This document shows, piece after piece, positions 1-9,835 of a stretch of DNA of 64,000 nucleotides (positions are counted from its first letter, which is position 1; the number at the start of each line of letters is the position of its first letter). Location: IMG/VR virus record IMGVR_UViG_3300022700_000241; one strand, written 5' to 3'. Under the pieces are notes generated by a model that did not search any database, was not told the origin of the DNA, and saw nothing but the letters and a program-made list of their open reading frames with translations. This DNA is from an uncultured virus (IMG/VR IMGVR_UViG_3300022700_000241). Taxonomy: Duplodnaviria; Heunggongvirae; Uroviricota; Caudoviricetes. The translations under genes and the position numbers were made by a program.

Positions 1-26
1 TCGGACGCGACCGTGTTCGGCGGCCC

Positions 27-407
27 TCAAATCTCATCCGGCCAGTCTTCGGCGAACTGGTGGTCTTCGGTGATACCTCTTATCCCGAGACGTTGGGCAA
101 CCTCATTCTGCACGCGCTGGGAGTACCAGCCGCGCGGCTTCTGGTCGGACCGGAACTCCGCGGCAACCTCCTCGAACGTCTCCAGCACGTCGGACACGGT
201 GATGTCGGAGTCCTCCAGGCGGCGATGCTGGAGTAGAAACCGGATGAATCTGGACGCTGCCCCGATGGCGTGCTGGAAGCCACGCCGGAAGGCCTTTTCC
301 TCTTCAACGAGATTTCCGTCTTCGTCGGTTTGGTTCTCTGGGAGTTGCGTCATGCTTCCTCGGATCTGGTTCGAGAGGCGGTTCGCAATCTCTTCTGGGA
401 TCGGCAT
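27..407 (-). CDS. hypothetical protein
   Basis: Acidic ORF co-oriented with neighbours; start moved to ATG at 407 (MPIPEE) to avoid overlap with the upstream gene. Confidence 0.65.
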   Translation of the reverse strand: MPIPEEIANRLSNQIRGSMTQLPENQTDEDGNLVEEEKAFRRGFQHAIGAASRFIRFLLQHRRLEDSDITVSDVLETFEEVAAEFRSDQKPRGWYSQRVQNEVAQRLGIRGITEDHQFAEDWPDEI

Positions 408-420
408 GGTCGACTGGAAT

Positions 421-855
421 CTATGGGTGTGTCGGCGCAACCTCCGTTCCGGTCTCGTCTACGATCTCCAGAGCGCGGACCAACGAGGACGCTTGGACCT
501 CCTCGCGCATCTTCTCGTCGCCCTGGATTGCGTCGTAGGTCGCCCAGCCTTCCTCATCGAGAATGCGCTTTTTGGCCACATCGTGACGGTCCTCCTCGAA
601 GCCGTCGAGCAGAGACCGAATCCGCCGGATGATTTGAACCTTACTCTCCTGGACCTGCACCTCCAGGGTCGGGTTCTCTACCTGCGACTCGTCAAACTCG
701 ACGCTGACCTTGGTGAACGGCTCGTCGAAGAATACGTCCGGGATTTCGACGCTCATCTCTACGCCACGTTGCCCGGACTTGAGAGACGGCTTCTGGACCT
801 TGTTCATCTTCTCAATGCCGTCCTCGGAGAAGACAAGGAAAAAGGAATCTTTCAT
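421..855 (-). CDS. hypothetical protein
   Basis: Acidic 144-aa ORF tightly packed in the minus-strand run. Confidence 0.7.
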   Translation of the reverse strand: MKDSFFLVFSEDGIEKMNKVQKPSLKSGQRGVEMSVEIPDVFFDEPFTKVSVEFDESQVENPTLEVQVQESKVQIIRRIRSLLDGFEEDRHDVAKKRILDEEGWATYDAIQGDEKMREEVQASSLVRALEIVDETGTEVAPTHP

Positions 856-873
856 GGTCTGGGTTGGTCTTGG

Positions 874-1509
874 TTATTCGGCTCGTGCATAGTCGTAGGC
901 GCTCGGGTCGGCATCCCGGCCCAGTATGAGCGCTTGGTTGTCGACCGGAATGAAGGCAGAGTGCCCCAGCCTGCCAATCCACCGGTAGATTTCCTCGGCG
1001 TGGTCCCCGAGTCGGTCGACTGGAGCGTTGGCAAGCCAGTTGAGTTGGGCTGCCGTGATGATGTCGTGGTGATCTCGGAGGATCACCTTCGCACGGCGTT
1101 GGGCGGACCCGCTTAGAGCGGATAAATCATGCTCGGCCTGGGCCTCTACCCATTTAGGCGCTCTCTGAGCGGCCCTCATTTTCTTCCGTAGCCCTTGACC
1201 GCCCGCATCGTACTCCTCCGACAACGGACCGGCCATAATCGAGGGACTGTAGGGCTGGGTGATGGTCCATCGCGTCGGATCGATGACTTGCGATCCGCGC
1301 TCGATCCATCCGTGAGGGATGATTGGCCGATTAGCAAACTGGGACTCCGGATGGACCGGGCCGTTGTACGTCCCATACCGCGGCGCGCCTTCCACAATCT
1401 CAAGGCGAAGCATCCCTGCGGCCACTGCGAAGCAGTTACCCGGCCAGTTGCGGACGGGAATGTCGATCTTTCTCGCTACGTTCTTCGGGTCGAGTCGGGA
1501 CGGGTGCAT
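874..1509 (-). CDS. hypothetical protein, possible transglutaminase/papain-like fold
   Basis: GNCF...HGW...IDPT pattern gives a candidate Cys-His-Asp triad. Confidence 0.5.
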   Translation of the reverse strand: MHPSRLDPKNVARKIDIPVRNWPGNCFAVAAGMLRLEIVEGAPRYGTYNGPVHPESQFANRPIIPHGWIERGSQVIDPTRWTITQPYSPSIMAGPLSEEYDAGGQGLRKKMRAAQRAPKWVEAQAEHDLSALSGSAQRRAKVILRDHHDIITAAQLNWLANAPVDRLGDHAEEIYRWIGRLGHSAFIPVDNQALILGRDADPSAYDYARAE

Positions 1510-1523
1510 CGGGCTGGCGTTGA

Positions 1524-1874
1524 CTACTGGATAGAAACGACCTCGAAATCGGTGGCCTCCAGATCGTCGGGGATTGAATCGGGGTGACAGTCGAACACGT
1601 AGTCGAACTCCGAGCCCCGGACCTTAGATCGAGCGTAAGAACGTAGCCTCTCCCCCTCTCGCGGGACCGGTTCTTTGGTCCCGAGAGGCACCTGGACGAG
1701 TGCCTTGAACGTGATCTCGACGATGGCTTCGCGTTCGTGCTTTTCTTGGCTCATCGGTCCTGTAGCTTTGGAAAAGAGAACAGCGCCCCAGGTCGGACTC
1801 GAACCGACAATGTGGGTGGGAATATCATCCCGAAGGTGAACCAGCGCTTCCCCGGTCATTGCCAACTCTACCAC
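1524..1874 (-). CDS. hypothetical protein (start uncertain)
   Basis: ORF fills the gap in the minus-strand run; acidic C-terminus. Confidence 0.5.
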   Translation of the reverse strand: MVELAMTGEALVHLRDDIPTHIVGSSPTWGAVLFSKATGPMSQEKHEREAIVEITFKALVQVPLGTKEPVPREGERLRSYARSKVRGSEFDYVFDCHPDSIPDDLEATDFEVVSIQ

Positions 1875-1925
1875 AGGACAGCATCCCGCGTATCACCAAT
1901 TCCGCCACTGGGGCCGGAGGTGCGT

Positions 1926-2351
1926 CTACCAGCACACCTTCACATCTGTTGCTTCCTTAATCCATCCCCGCGTTACGTACGGGGGCCAATCTTCTGGCCA
2001 GCCGTTCAGAGGCTCGTGGTCGGTTTCGGGGGACGGGCATTTCTCGGCCTCCGGCTCGTGATAGAGGACCACATAGTCCGGGGTGAAGCAGGCGTGGGTA
2101 ACCTGCTTCCCGTCGATGGTGGACTCGACGCCCTCAATGTTTTCTGTGTTTTGCAGGATGAGAGGGACTACCTCCGCGCTTTTGAAGCCGTGCTCCTGCT
2201 GGGCCTCCAGAAGTGCCTTCTGGGAGTAGCCGCTTTCCGAGATGAGGTCCTCGGCAATCGCCCAGTCGTGACGGAGGGCGATGATGTTCTGGATAGCCGA
2301 AAGGTATCCGTCGATGGGGTTGCCCTTGCGTAGTTCTGTGTCCTGGCTCAT
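1926..2351 (-). CDS. hypothetical protein
   Basis: Acidic ORF from ATG 2351 (MSQDTEL). Confidence 0.65.
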   Translation of the reverse strand: MSQDTELRKGNPIDGYLSAIQNIIALRHDWAIAEDLISESGYSQKALLEAQQEHGFKSAEVVPLILQNTENIEGVESTIDGKQVTHACFTPDYVVLYHEPEAEKCPSPETDHEPLNGWPEDWPPYVTRGWIKEATDVKVCW

Positions 2352-2398
2352 AGCAGTATCGGTCCTTGATTTGCGTTCAGCGGTCGTTCGAGGAGTGG

Positions 2399-2770
2399 TT
2401 ACTCCTTCATGTTGACCGGAAGGAAGCGAGGGTGCTCGTTGCCTTCCTCGTCTACTACGACGAGTTCGTGGATCTGGAGGAGCCCTCCAAGGGTCCAGTC
2501 GCAACCCTTCTCTTCATCCCACCTGCCAACGCACGAAAAAGCCACGGACCCGGATACGTCTTCATAGCTATCCCCAGCACCGGCATCGATGAGGTCCTGT
2601 GCGCTCTGGACAGTGCCGCACTGCGGGCAAACGAACTCCAGGTCCTTGCGGTCGTCTACGTCCTGCTCTTGGAGTACGGAGTGAAACTCTTCAACAGAGA
2701 GCGTGAGGACATCGGAGTCTTCGTCCTCAAGCTCTTCTCTCATCGTCGGCTCTTCGGTCTCTTGGCTCAT
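2399..2770 (-). CDS. VVA0879-like zinc-binding phage protein
   Basis: FVCPQCG...FSCVGRW...GCDWTLGGLL motifs recalled from this family; start at MSQETEE. Confidence 0.7.
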   Translation of the reverse strand: MSQETEEPTMREELEDEDSDVLTLSVEEFHSVLQEQDVDDRKDLEFVCPQCGTVQSAQDLIDAGAGDSYEDVSGSVAFSCVGRWDEEKGCDWTLGGLLQIHELVVVDEEGNEHPRFLPVNMKE

Positions 2771-2792
2771 GGTCCTGTATTGGTTTTTGAGG

Positions 2793-3062
2793 TTAATCGA
2801 GGTGCTCCGCCAACTCCGGAGACCTTTGCTGCAAGAATCGCTTGAGACCTTCGGGGGAAAGCTCGCGGTGGTCCTCGGCAACTTCACGCCACATCTCATC
2901 GACCTCCCGGATTACCTCTCCAGGAAGGGTCGAACCGGTGGCCTGCTCCATCCGGCTCTTTAGCTCTCGAAGGAATCCGCCCAGCAGGTCCGCCATCGCA
3001 GACTTCATCCCATCGTCGTTCTTGGTTCGCTCGTAGAAGTCGCTCCACTTTTCTGCGTCCAT
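2793..3062 (-). CDS. hypothetical protein
   Basis: Helical acidic ORF from MDAEKW. Confidence 0.6.
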   Translation of the reverse strand: MDAEKWSDFYERTKNDDGMKSAMADLLGGFLRELKSRMEQATGSTLPGEVIREVDEMWREVAEDHRELSPEGLKRFLQQRSPELAEHLD

Positions 3063-3075
3063 CTGCTCGATTGAG

Positions 3076-3306
3076 TTAAAGCACGTCCTGTGAAGGGGCG
3101 CTGCCCGTCTCGGGGTTCCAGTTCGGGTCGACGAGCGACAAGGCGTCTCGCTCAACACTCACGGTCCGAGTTTCGTCGCTCTCCCTCCCTCCCAGGATCA
3201 CAACGCGAGCGCCCTCTGGGTCCTCCCGAGGAAGCTCCTCCAATCGGACCCGCCCAAGATCGGGATGATTGTAGACCTCCCCGACCTCTAAAAAGCGGCT
3301 GTCCAT
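3076..3306 (-). CDS. hypothetical protein
   Basis: Small ORF from MDSRFL; start overlaps upstream stop. Confidence 0.5.
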   Translation of the reverse strand: MDSRFLEVGEVYNHPDLGRVRLEELPREDPEGARVVILGGRESDETRTVSVERDALSLVDPNWNPETGSAPSQDVL

Positions 3307-3602
3307 TACTCGGGCGTGCAACCGGTCCGTAGTTGTGCGAACAGTGAGATTGTGTTCAGCACATGGATGTACCCGAGCCCCCCGAATACCATGAGGCAAA
3401 TCGTCCAGGAGGGAATCGTCCCGGGGACGAAGAATCCGTGGTAGAGGTAGGGAAGGGTCAGGCACAGTGGAATGCCGAACCAAACAAGAAAGCGGAGGAG
3501 CGACTTTTTCATTGTAGGGGTCAGCATCCAGAAAGCTATCGGCTCTTGGGTTTTTCGTACATTAGCTTTTCGGAAGGGTTTCTTGACACTGTACCGGGGC
3601 AA
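3306..3602 (-). CDS. small membrane protein (start uncertain)
   Basis: Two hydrophobic segments (FLVWFGIPLCL; WTICLMVFGGLGYI). Confidence 0.45.
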   Translation of the reverse strand: MPRYSVKKPFRKANVRKTQEPIAFWMLTPTMKKSLLRFLVWFGIPLCLTLPYLYHGFFVPGTIPSWTICLMVFGGLGYIHVLNTISLFAQLRTGCTPE

Positions 3603-3672
3603 ATCCGGCGAGCGAAGGGCGATCTCTGGGCACCCCGGAAACTATAGTTATTCGGGTATCCTCACTTTCCCA

Positions 3673-4584
3673 TCAAGAGGCTCGAAGTGCCCTCAAAACC
3701 TCATCTCCAGTTGGGGGCTCATCTGCGTAGGGCGGCCAGATTGGAAGCCAGGAATACGTGTCCCCTTTGAGCAATCGGTTCAAAGCTGACTTGGTTATTG
3801 GTAGGGACTCGGCAATCTCTTCCTGGGTGAGATCCATTACCCAGTATTTGCGGCGAACCTGTATCACCTGTGGAGGTGTCAATCTGCCGAGGCTCAAAGA
3901 ACGACCCCTCCTTCCCTCCTCCAGTAATTCCGGATCTCCCCTCCGATTGTATTCATCGACATTCTCCTGGTGCGTGCCGATCCGGAGATGGTCTGGATTC
4001 ACGCAGCCAGGAATATCGCATTGGTGTAGAACAAGGAGGTCACCGGGGTATTTGTCCTCGTAAATCTGGAGACTCACGCGGTGAGCCCGGGCCTTTCTTC
4101 CCTTGTAAGTAAAGCATCCATATCCGCTCTCATCGGTCGTAGCAACCCATATCCAACATCCAGTTTTTTCTACAACCTCAAACTTCGCTTCAAAGCGTTC
4201 TTTGACCGACACACCATGCGTCCCCTCCATTCCCGACATGGCATTGAGGTCATTCTTAGAGAAGAGGTCGGAGACTGTCCCAGCATAGGTACCAAAAAGA
4301 GTACCGATCCGGCGCATACCTATCCCCTCCTCATAAAGCTGGAGCATCAAACCGAGGTGGTTTTGCAGGTACGAGTCCACCTCGATTCCTACCCTTCTAA
4401 GCTCCCTGGAGATAACCGAACTGGACACATCGTAGTCTTCGGTAATCTCCTTAATATGTTGGTGCTCTCCAGGTACTCCACGAGTGACCAGCACCCTTTC
4501 GGCCCACTCCGATATGAGGCTATCAGTTTTTTGGTTGCCCATAATGTTGAGGGCTATATTTTTTGAGGGGTCGTATTCAATCAC
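3673..4584 (-). CDS. HNH homing endonuclease
   Basis: CWIW...GYG...AHRVS...VLHQCDIPGCVNPDHLRIGTHQEN; HTH-like flanks; visibly AT-richer than surroundings. Confidence 0.9.
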   Translation of the reverse strand: MIEYDPSKNIALNIMGNQKTDSLISEWAERVLVTRGVPGEHQHIKEITEDYDVSSSVISRELRRVGIEVDSYLQNHLGLMLQLYEEGIGMRRIGTLFGTYAGTVSDLFSKNDLNAMSGMEGTHGVSVKERFEAKFEVVEKTGCWIWVATTDESGYGCFTYKGRKARAHRVSLQIYEDKYPGDLLVLHQCDIPGCVNPDHLRIGTHQENVDEYNRRGDPELLEEGRRGRSLSLGRLTPPQVIQVRRKYWVMDLTQEEIAESLPITKSALNRLLKGDTYSWLPIWPPYADEPPTGDEVLRALRAS

Positions 4585-4587
4585 GGG

Positions 4588-4884
4588 CTACAACCAGTCA
4601 GCAGCTTCGGCTGCATCATCAAGGTCGATGTCCAGGTTCCTGGCGAGATAGATTGGAAGCTCTTGCAACCCGACTGCGCCCCACCCGCCGTCGGGTTTGC
4701 TTCTTTCAAAGGCTCTCGTGCAGGACTTATGGACGGTGTATATGATGCCGGTCTCGGCAGACCCATCGTCAGCGTGCTTCCAAAGGTAGTTTGCCTTTTT
4801 GGCGTCCTCTATCCGTTCAGCGCAGTGGTCGCAAACGGCTACCACCTTAGCAACGCCCTCTTCAATCGCAATCCGAATAGGCAT
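4588..4884 (-). CDS. hypothetical zinc-binding protein
   Basis: CDHC...HKSC. Confidence 0.6.
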   Translation of the reverse strand: MPIRIAIEEGVAKVVAVCDHCAERIEDAKKANYLWKHADDGSAETGIIYTVHKSCTRAFERSKPDGGWGAVGLQELPIYLARNLDIDLDDAAEAADWL

Positions 4885-4938
4885 AGAATAATCGGTTGGC
4901 TTAGAGGGTAAAGAGAGTGGTGGGGGACTCGCGACTAC

Positions 4939-5154
4939 TTATTCCTCACTACTCGCTGGGGGCAAGCTATCGTGAGTCGACTGGAGCGCAACGCAGGCAT
5001 CCCCGATGCGCGGGTCCTGCGTGTCACTCATCTGGCCATAGGCTTCGGTCGCAGCCTCAAGGATCTCGGCGAGGGTCTCGTCATCAACTTTTAGCAGTAC
5101 GCCGAGGATTTCGATGTACTCGGCCTCGTTGAGTTCTTCTGCGTCGATTTCCAT
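4939..5154 (-). CDS. hypothetical protein
   Basis: Very acidic 71-aa ORF with A/C-rich leader. Confidence 0.55.
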   Translation of the reverse strand: MEIDAEELNEAEYIEILGVLLKVDDETLAEILEAATEAYGQMSDTQDPRIGDACVALQSTHDSLPPASSEE

Positions 5155-5219
5155 TGTGGTTGCGGTTGGTTTGAGAGAAAGAGCGTGACCCCGCCCTGGC
5201 TACTCGAAAAGATAAAGAC

Positions 5220-5939
5220 TTACAGGTCGCCGTCCGGGTCGTAGTCGCCCTCCCGCACCCTCCGAGCAATCTTCTGCACCTCCCCCTCCGAAAGGTGCCG
5301 CCCTTCGATCACACCGGCCAACGATGCGAAAACCTTGAGACCGGGTTTCCGGAGGGCGATCACGAACGGCGGGCGCCCGTCGGTCTCGAAGTGCAGGCAA
5401 TACGGCTCCTCTAAGCCCTCGGTTACCTGCCCAATCCAAAGCACGTCCCCTGTCGGCAGCATGTCGCTGTAGTCGGCAATCTTCTCGCACTCGTGCTCCG
5501 GCCTCGTGAAGCGCTCAAGCTCCGGGCTGTAGCTTTCCAGAGGATTCTCCAGGGCCTCGTGGTCGAGCACCTCCTGGAGCTTCGAGGCATCGAGAACGCC
5601 GTCTCGCCAGCAGAACGCGACGTTCTTCTGGTTTGTCCGGTTGATTTTGCTGTACCGCTTCTCGTACTCCTCAACCAGCGGAAGCTCCTGGTAGACCTCA
5701 TCGGCATGGTCAGCGCCCATGAGTTCGCGGCGACGAATGCAGACGCTCCGAATCGGGATTTCGGTGATATGCGCAACCTCCGGGTCCGTCAGCGCCCGCA
5801 CCTCTTCGCCGCCGACGGTCACCCCGGAGCGCCACACCTCGAAGTAGAGGCAGAGGAGGCGAGCCCGCTGCGTGTTGGACTTCGCGGTGCTGCGTATGGC
5901 GTTGAGTGCTTGGGCTCTGGTCTCGTCCGATAGGCTCAT
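5220..5939 (-). CDS. putative winged-helix DNA-binding protein
   Basis: LTDPEVAHITEIPIRSVCIRRREL resembles a wHTH recognition helix. Confidence 0.5.
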   Translation of the reverse strand: MSLSDETRAQALNAIRSTAKSNTQRARLLCLYFEVWRSGVTVGGEEVRALTDPEVAHITEIPIRSVCIRRRELMGADHADEVYQELPLVEEYEKRYSKINRTNQKNVAFCWRDGVLDASKLQEVLDHEALENPLESYSPELERFTRPEHECEKIADYSDMLPTGDVLWIGQVTEGLEEPYCLHFETDGRPPFVIALRKPGLKVFASLAGVIEGRHLSEGEVQKIARRVREGDYDPDGDL

Positions 5940-5951
5940 GGCAAGGTGGGT

Positions 5952-6248
5952 CTAATCACGAAGGGCATCGTCGAGGGAAGGAAGGTCTTCGATCCCTGCC
6001 CTCTCGAAGTCAACCGACTCGCGGAAGCGGCGCTCGCGGGCCATGTCTGTGCTTCCATTGGAGGGGTAGGTGAAAGAGACGAAGACCTCCAAGACTCCGG
6101 ATTCGGCGAGATACCAGCCCTCACCGGTCACGTACACATCGTGGTCCTGCTGGTCGGTCGGATAGATCACGTCTCCCTCTCTCGGTCGGAATGGCATCTC
6201 GATCTCCCATCCCTTATCGATGCCCTCAAGATAGAGGCGAACGGTCAT
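5952..6248 (-). CDS. hypothetical protein
   Basis: ORF from MTVRLYL. Confidence 0.55.
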   Translation of the reverse strand: MTVRLYLEGIDKGWEIEMPFRPREGDVIYPTDQQDHDVYVTGEGWYLAESGVLEVFVSFTYPSNGSTDMARERRFRESVDFERAGIEDLPSLDDALRD

Positions 6249-6259
6249 GGTCGGTCCTG

Positions 6260-7129
6260 TCAGTTGATCGGCTCGTTGACGCGGTAGTCTTTCTCCACCT
6301 CTCCGGCATCCTTCGTTCCGCGGAGGTGCTGCCCCCACCAGTACGTCCCCGTATGCTCCCCGAACAGCGGGTTTTCTTCGGTATAAGTCTTGAAGTGTCC
6401 CCGGCAAATGTGTTGTGCGCGTTCAAGCTCTGACTCCCCATTGCTGCTCTCATAGCGAGCCTGCTCAATCATCGGCTCGATCTCAAGTGTTTTGAACGTC
6501 TTACCGGGGTTCTTTCCGGCCTTGCGACGCTTTTTCTGAACAGCCGGAGGCACCGGGTCTTCCCCTATCTCTACGTTCGACGCATGACAGAGGGAAAGCC
6601 CGAAATGAATCGGGTCCATGAACATATGGAGGAACTTTGCAATCTCACTGGACGGCCTATCACCCAACCCAGCAAGCTCCTCTGCTCCGTCGTGAGTCTT
6701 CGTTAATAACTGGGATGTCGCTGCGAACCCGTCTTCATCCAAGAAGACAATGGTGGTGTGTGTCTTCAAAACTTCCCCGTTCCTTCCCTCCAGGTACAGG
6801 GTTTCCATGAAAGACCCCTCAATATCATCTGGGTCAAGGTCAAGCCCCGAACCAAAGGGAATCGGAGGATTCGCCTCTCCGAACTGGGATGTAATGTGAA
6901 CTCCAGCCCTTATTACTGACTTCCCCAATGAGCCTTGAGGCACATACTCGAACCAGCAGTTTGGCCACGGCGGGGCGATTCGGGCCACGTCTTCTGTGAG
7001 TGATACGGCGGAATCGGTGCTAACGAGCCACTTATCCACCGGTGTCACGTCTACCGCGGTAATTTCATTCCTTACGTCGCCCCACTCATCCCCAAAAATT
7101 TCCTGTGCCTGTCGTGTCAGCATTCGCAT
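6260..7129 (-). CDS. conserved phage protein (HxxRGH family), paralog of 25622-26515
   Basis: C-terminal RAQHICRGHFKTYTEENPLFG...WWGQHLRG...VEKDY; aligns over its length with the 25.6 kb ORF. Confidence 0.8.
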   Translation of the reverse strand: MRMLTRQAQEIFGDEWGDVRNEITAVDVTPVDKWLVSTDSAVSLTEDVARIAPPWPNCWFEYVPQGSLGKSVIRAGVHITSQFGEANPPIPFGSGLDLDPDDIEGSFMETLYLEGRNGEVLKTHTTIVFLDEDGFAATSQLLTKTHDGAEELAGLGDRPSSEIAKFLHMFMDPIHFGLSLCHASNVEIGEDPVPPAVQKKRRKAGKNPGKTFKTLEIEPMIEQARYESSNGESELERAQHICRGHFKTYTEENPLFGEHTGTYWWGQHLRGTKDAGEVEKDYRVNEPIN

Positions 7130-7590
7130 TGGCTCAATGTGGTCTGGTCCTGTAGGTCCTGTTGAATCCCCGCCCCTACGGTCCTAATGCACTTCCCATC
7201 GGTCGATACACTCTGGCCCGCGGGGATGCTTCCCTCGCTGGCCCGCGCAGTTGCATCGGGGGCGGCCCCGATCATTCCTGCACCGACGTTCCCGAGAGCG
7301 AGAGGGGACGGCAACCAAGGTGTCAGCGGTCGACGGGTCCCCAGCGTTTCCGACGACTCGAACAATCTTGCATCGGCTCATGGCTTTGAGATCGTCTTCG
7401 TGAGAGAGAATAGAGTGTCACCCAGCATCCGATGATGATGCCAAAGATCAGTGGGCCATTGAAAATCCCACGCACCCCCGCAGCGTCTATCACGAGAAAG
7501 AAGAGGCCAACCATGCTCGCCCCAATCGTCACAGACAGGCCAATAGAATAGAGGTCGTCGTCCAACTGCCAGGGCATTCTCCTGTAGGAT

Positions 7591-8769
7591 CTAATCAAAA
7601 GCCACTGATTCGGGACGACCTGCACGCTCCAGGTCGGGAATCTCTCGGTACTCCTGCCCGCGCAGCGTGTCGGTCCCGCGGTCCTTGCCCACGAAGTACA
7701 TCTTCGAGACCGAAACCGAGCCGCGGTCGATGGGCGCCTCCACGGTCGTGGCTTCCGCCTCGCGTGCCACCTCCGCCCTCGGCTCCGGGATGTTGGAGAT
7801 GGGCTTCCAGGCGCCCCACTGCTTGAAGAAGAACGGCACGGAGACGCGCTTGCAGTGGTCACGGATCGTGCAAAACCAGTCGGGGTGCGGAGCGCGGGCG
7901 TTTGGGCCGCTCTCTCCGCCCGCAATTACCCAGTCGAGCGCGCGCACCTCCCCATCGATCCCGGCGCCCGGGAAATACAGCCCGTCGTCCTTCGAGGTCG
8001 AAAGCGCGTTGAAGTGCCACTCCTCACCGGTGTTGGAATCGATAGTCTCGACGTTGGTGAGGTCGACCGGACCGATGATCGGCTCTACGCTTACGAAGCG
8101 GACGCAGCCCGGACACGAGAGGAGCGTAGGGATTCGCTCGTTCGCGGCGTCCTGGTCCTCGGCGCTCACCCCGAGCCATGCGTTTTCCGGTGGCCATGCC
8201 TTATCGTAGGTCCGGATCTCTCGGGTGCGCGTATCCGCCCAGCTTTCGTTGATCTGGTGCTCCGGCTCGATAAGCGCCTCCATGTGCTCGGACACGCGGA
8301 TCGGCGTGCCATTATCGGTGAGGTAGTCCCGCATTTCTCCAGGACGCTTCGTCAAGATGAGGAACCGGTGCGTCGGCGCCAGGGCAATGGCCGCGAACGT
8401 ACGGTGGATGATCTCCCGCGGGACCTCCTCGTGGAAAAGGTCGGTCATGGAGTTGACGAAGGCGCATCGCGGTTTCTGCCATCGGATCGGCTGGTCGGCA
8501 TTCCGAACCTCGAACCGAATTTCCGAGAGGTTCTGGTGCTTGTACTCGTGGCCGGTGCCGAACTTGCCCGCCATGCCCTCTACGTTGAGCTTCTCGGCGT
8601 AGCAGTTGCGGCACCCCTCCGACACATGCGTACAGAACCAGCCGCGGTCGCCAGTCTGCTTATCGACGGCCACGAGTGGATTCCACGTGACCCCTCGGTA
8701 TCCAGGGTGGTGTGTCCACTCGATGCCCGTGTCGTGGGTAGATTCGGTGTCGATGGTCGCTTTGCTCAT
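7591..8769 (-). CDS. phage Gp37/Gp68 (DUF5131) radical-SAM-like protein
   Basis: TGIEWT...WNP...CTHVSEGCRNCYAE...FVNSMTDLFH...LTKRP...WLGVSAEDQ...SVEP...WVIAGGESG...FFFKQWG. Confidence 0.92.
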   Translation of the reverse strand: MSKATIDTESTHDTGIEWTHHPGYRGVTWNPLVAVDKQTGDRGWFCTHVSEGCRNCYAEKLNVEGMAGKFGTGHEYKHQNLSEIRFEVRNADQPIRWQKPRCAFVNSMTDLFHEEVPREIIHRTFAAIALAPTHRFLILTKRPGEMRDYLTDNGTPIRVSEHMEALIEPEHQINESWADTRTREIRTYDKAWPPENAWLGVSAEDQDAANERIPTLLSCPGCVRFVSVEPIIGPVDLTNVETIDSNTGEEWHFNALSTSKDDGLYFPGAGIDGEVRALDWVIAGGESGPNARAPHPDWFCTIRDHCKRVSVPFFFKQWGAWKPISNIPEPRAEVAREAEATTVEAPIDRGSVSVSKMYFVGKDRGTDTLRGQEYREIPDLERAGRPESVAFD

Positions 8770-8781
8770 AGGCTCGGGGTC

Positions 8782-9687
8782 TCAATCGAAAAGGGTCAGT
8801 TCCTCTCGTTCAAGTAGGAAGATCATCCGGTCTATCATCTCCGGGTCGGGCGGCTCTATGACGCCTGGGGCAGTTGGGTAAAGGGGAAGGCTCCTCCAGG
8901 TCTCGCCGATTAGCATGTCGTGAACCGTTTGGAAGGCGTCGACCGGCCCTTCCTCCTGGAGGTCCTCGCATGTGAGGCCCTCGTTTTTCCAGTACCGCCG
9001 ACGATGACGCAGCACGAGGGCGGGAGTGTACTTCGGGTCTCCGTCCCACTTGTGCGAGCGCCCCTTCCGGGACATATCGTCCATGTTCTCTTTCGCGGTC
9101 CCGAGCCAGAGGTGGTCCGGGTTGACGCACTTGCGATTGTCGCAGGAGTGGAGGATCTGGAGCCCGAACGTCGGAATGCTGTAGTGCCGGTGGAAGCTGT
9201 GGTGGTGAGCCCGCGGGGCGTCGACGCCGGTGTTGACGCCGTACCCGTAGTAGGTATCTCCCTCCCACTCCCAGCACCCATCGTCGGGCATCGGGCCAAC
9301 CATTTGCCAGAACGGCGTGGTGTAGTCTACGCAACTGGAGCGCCAGGACACCTCAAGCCCCCGGCGCAGGAACTCCGCCCGCACCGAGAGCAGGTTCGTG
9401 AGGTACTGTTCGGCAATCTCCGGCGGCGTTCGGTCCGAGAGGTCCTCCATGTGCCTGCACCACTGGATCGAGGCTTCGAGATCGTTTTTCCCGGGGACCT
9501 GTCGCCCGCACGCCAGAAGCTCGGCGACTACATTATCGTATGGCACGCCCAGCGCCCGCGCGATCCCGACCGGGGGCGTCCCACTGGACCCCTCCCGCCC
9601 GTGAAAAGCATCGAGGATGATCTTGCGCCGGTGCTCAAGAGGTGTCGGTGCAAGAGACTCCGGAATCGCCTCGTCTGTAGGGATCAT
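8782..9687 (-). CDS. HNH homing endonuclease
   Basis: CWEWEG...YG...AHHHSF...LHSCDNRKCVNPDHLWLGTAKENM. Confidence 0.9.
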   Translation of the reverse strand: MIPTDEAIPESLAPTPLEHRRKIILDAFHGREGSSGTPPVGIARALGVPYDNVVAELLACGRQVPGKNDLEASIQWCRHMEDLSDRTPPEIAEQYLTNLLSVRAEFLRRGLEVSWRSSCVDYTTPFWQMVGPMPDDGCWEWEGDTYYGYGVNTGVDAPRAHHHSFHRHYSIPTFGLQILHSCDNRKCVNPDHLWLGTAKENMDDMSRKGRSHKWDGDPKYTPALVLRHRRRYWKNEGLTCEDLQEEGPVDAFQTVHDMLIGETWRSLPLYPTAPGVIEPPDPEMIDRMIFLLEREELTLFD

Positions 9688-9835
9688 GACGGTGCAGCAC
9701 GTGTCAGCGTTTATGTGCTCTTCTCTTAAAGGGCTTATAAGATATGGTTCCGAGGCGGTTGCAGATCAATGGCCCGGCGCATGTATTAAAGGGTGATGAC
9801 TGCCTCCGACACTCAAGCGAACCTCCCACAATCCC

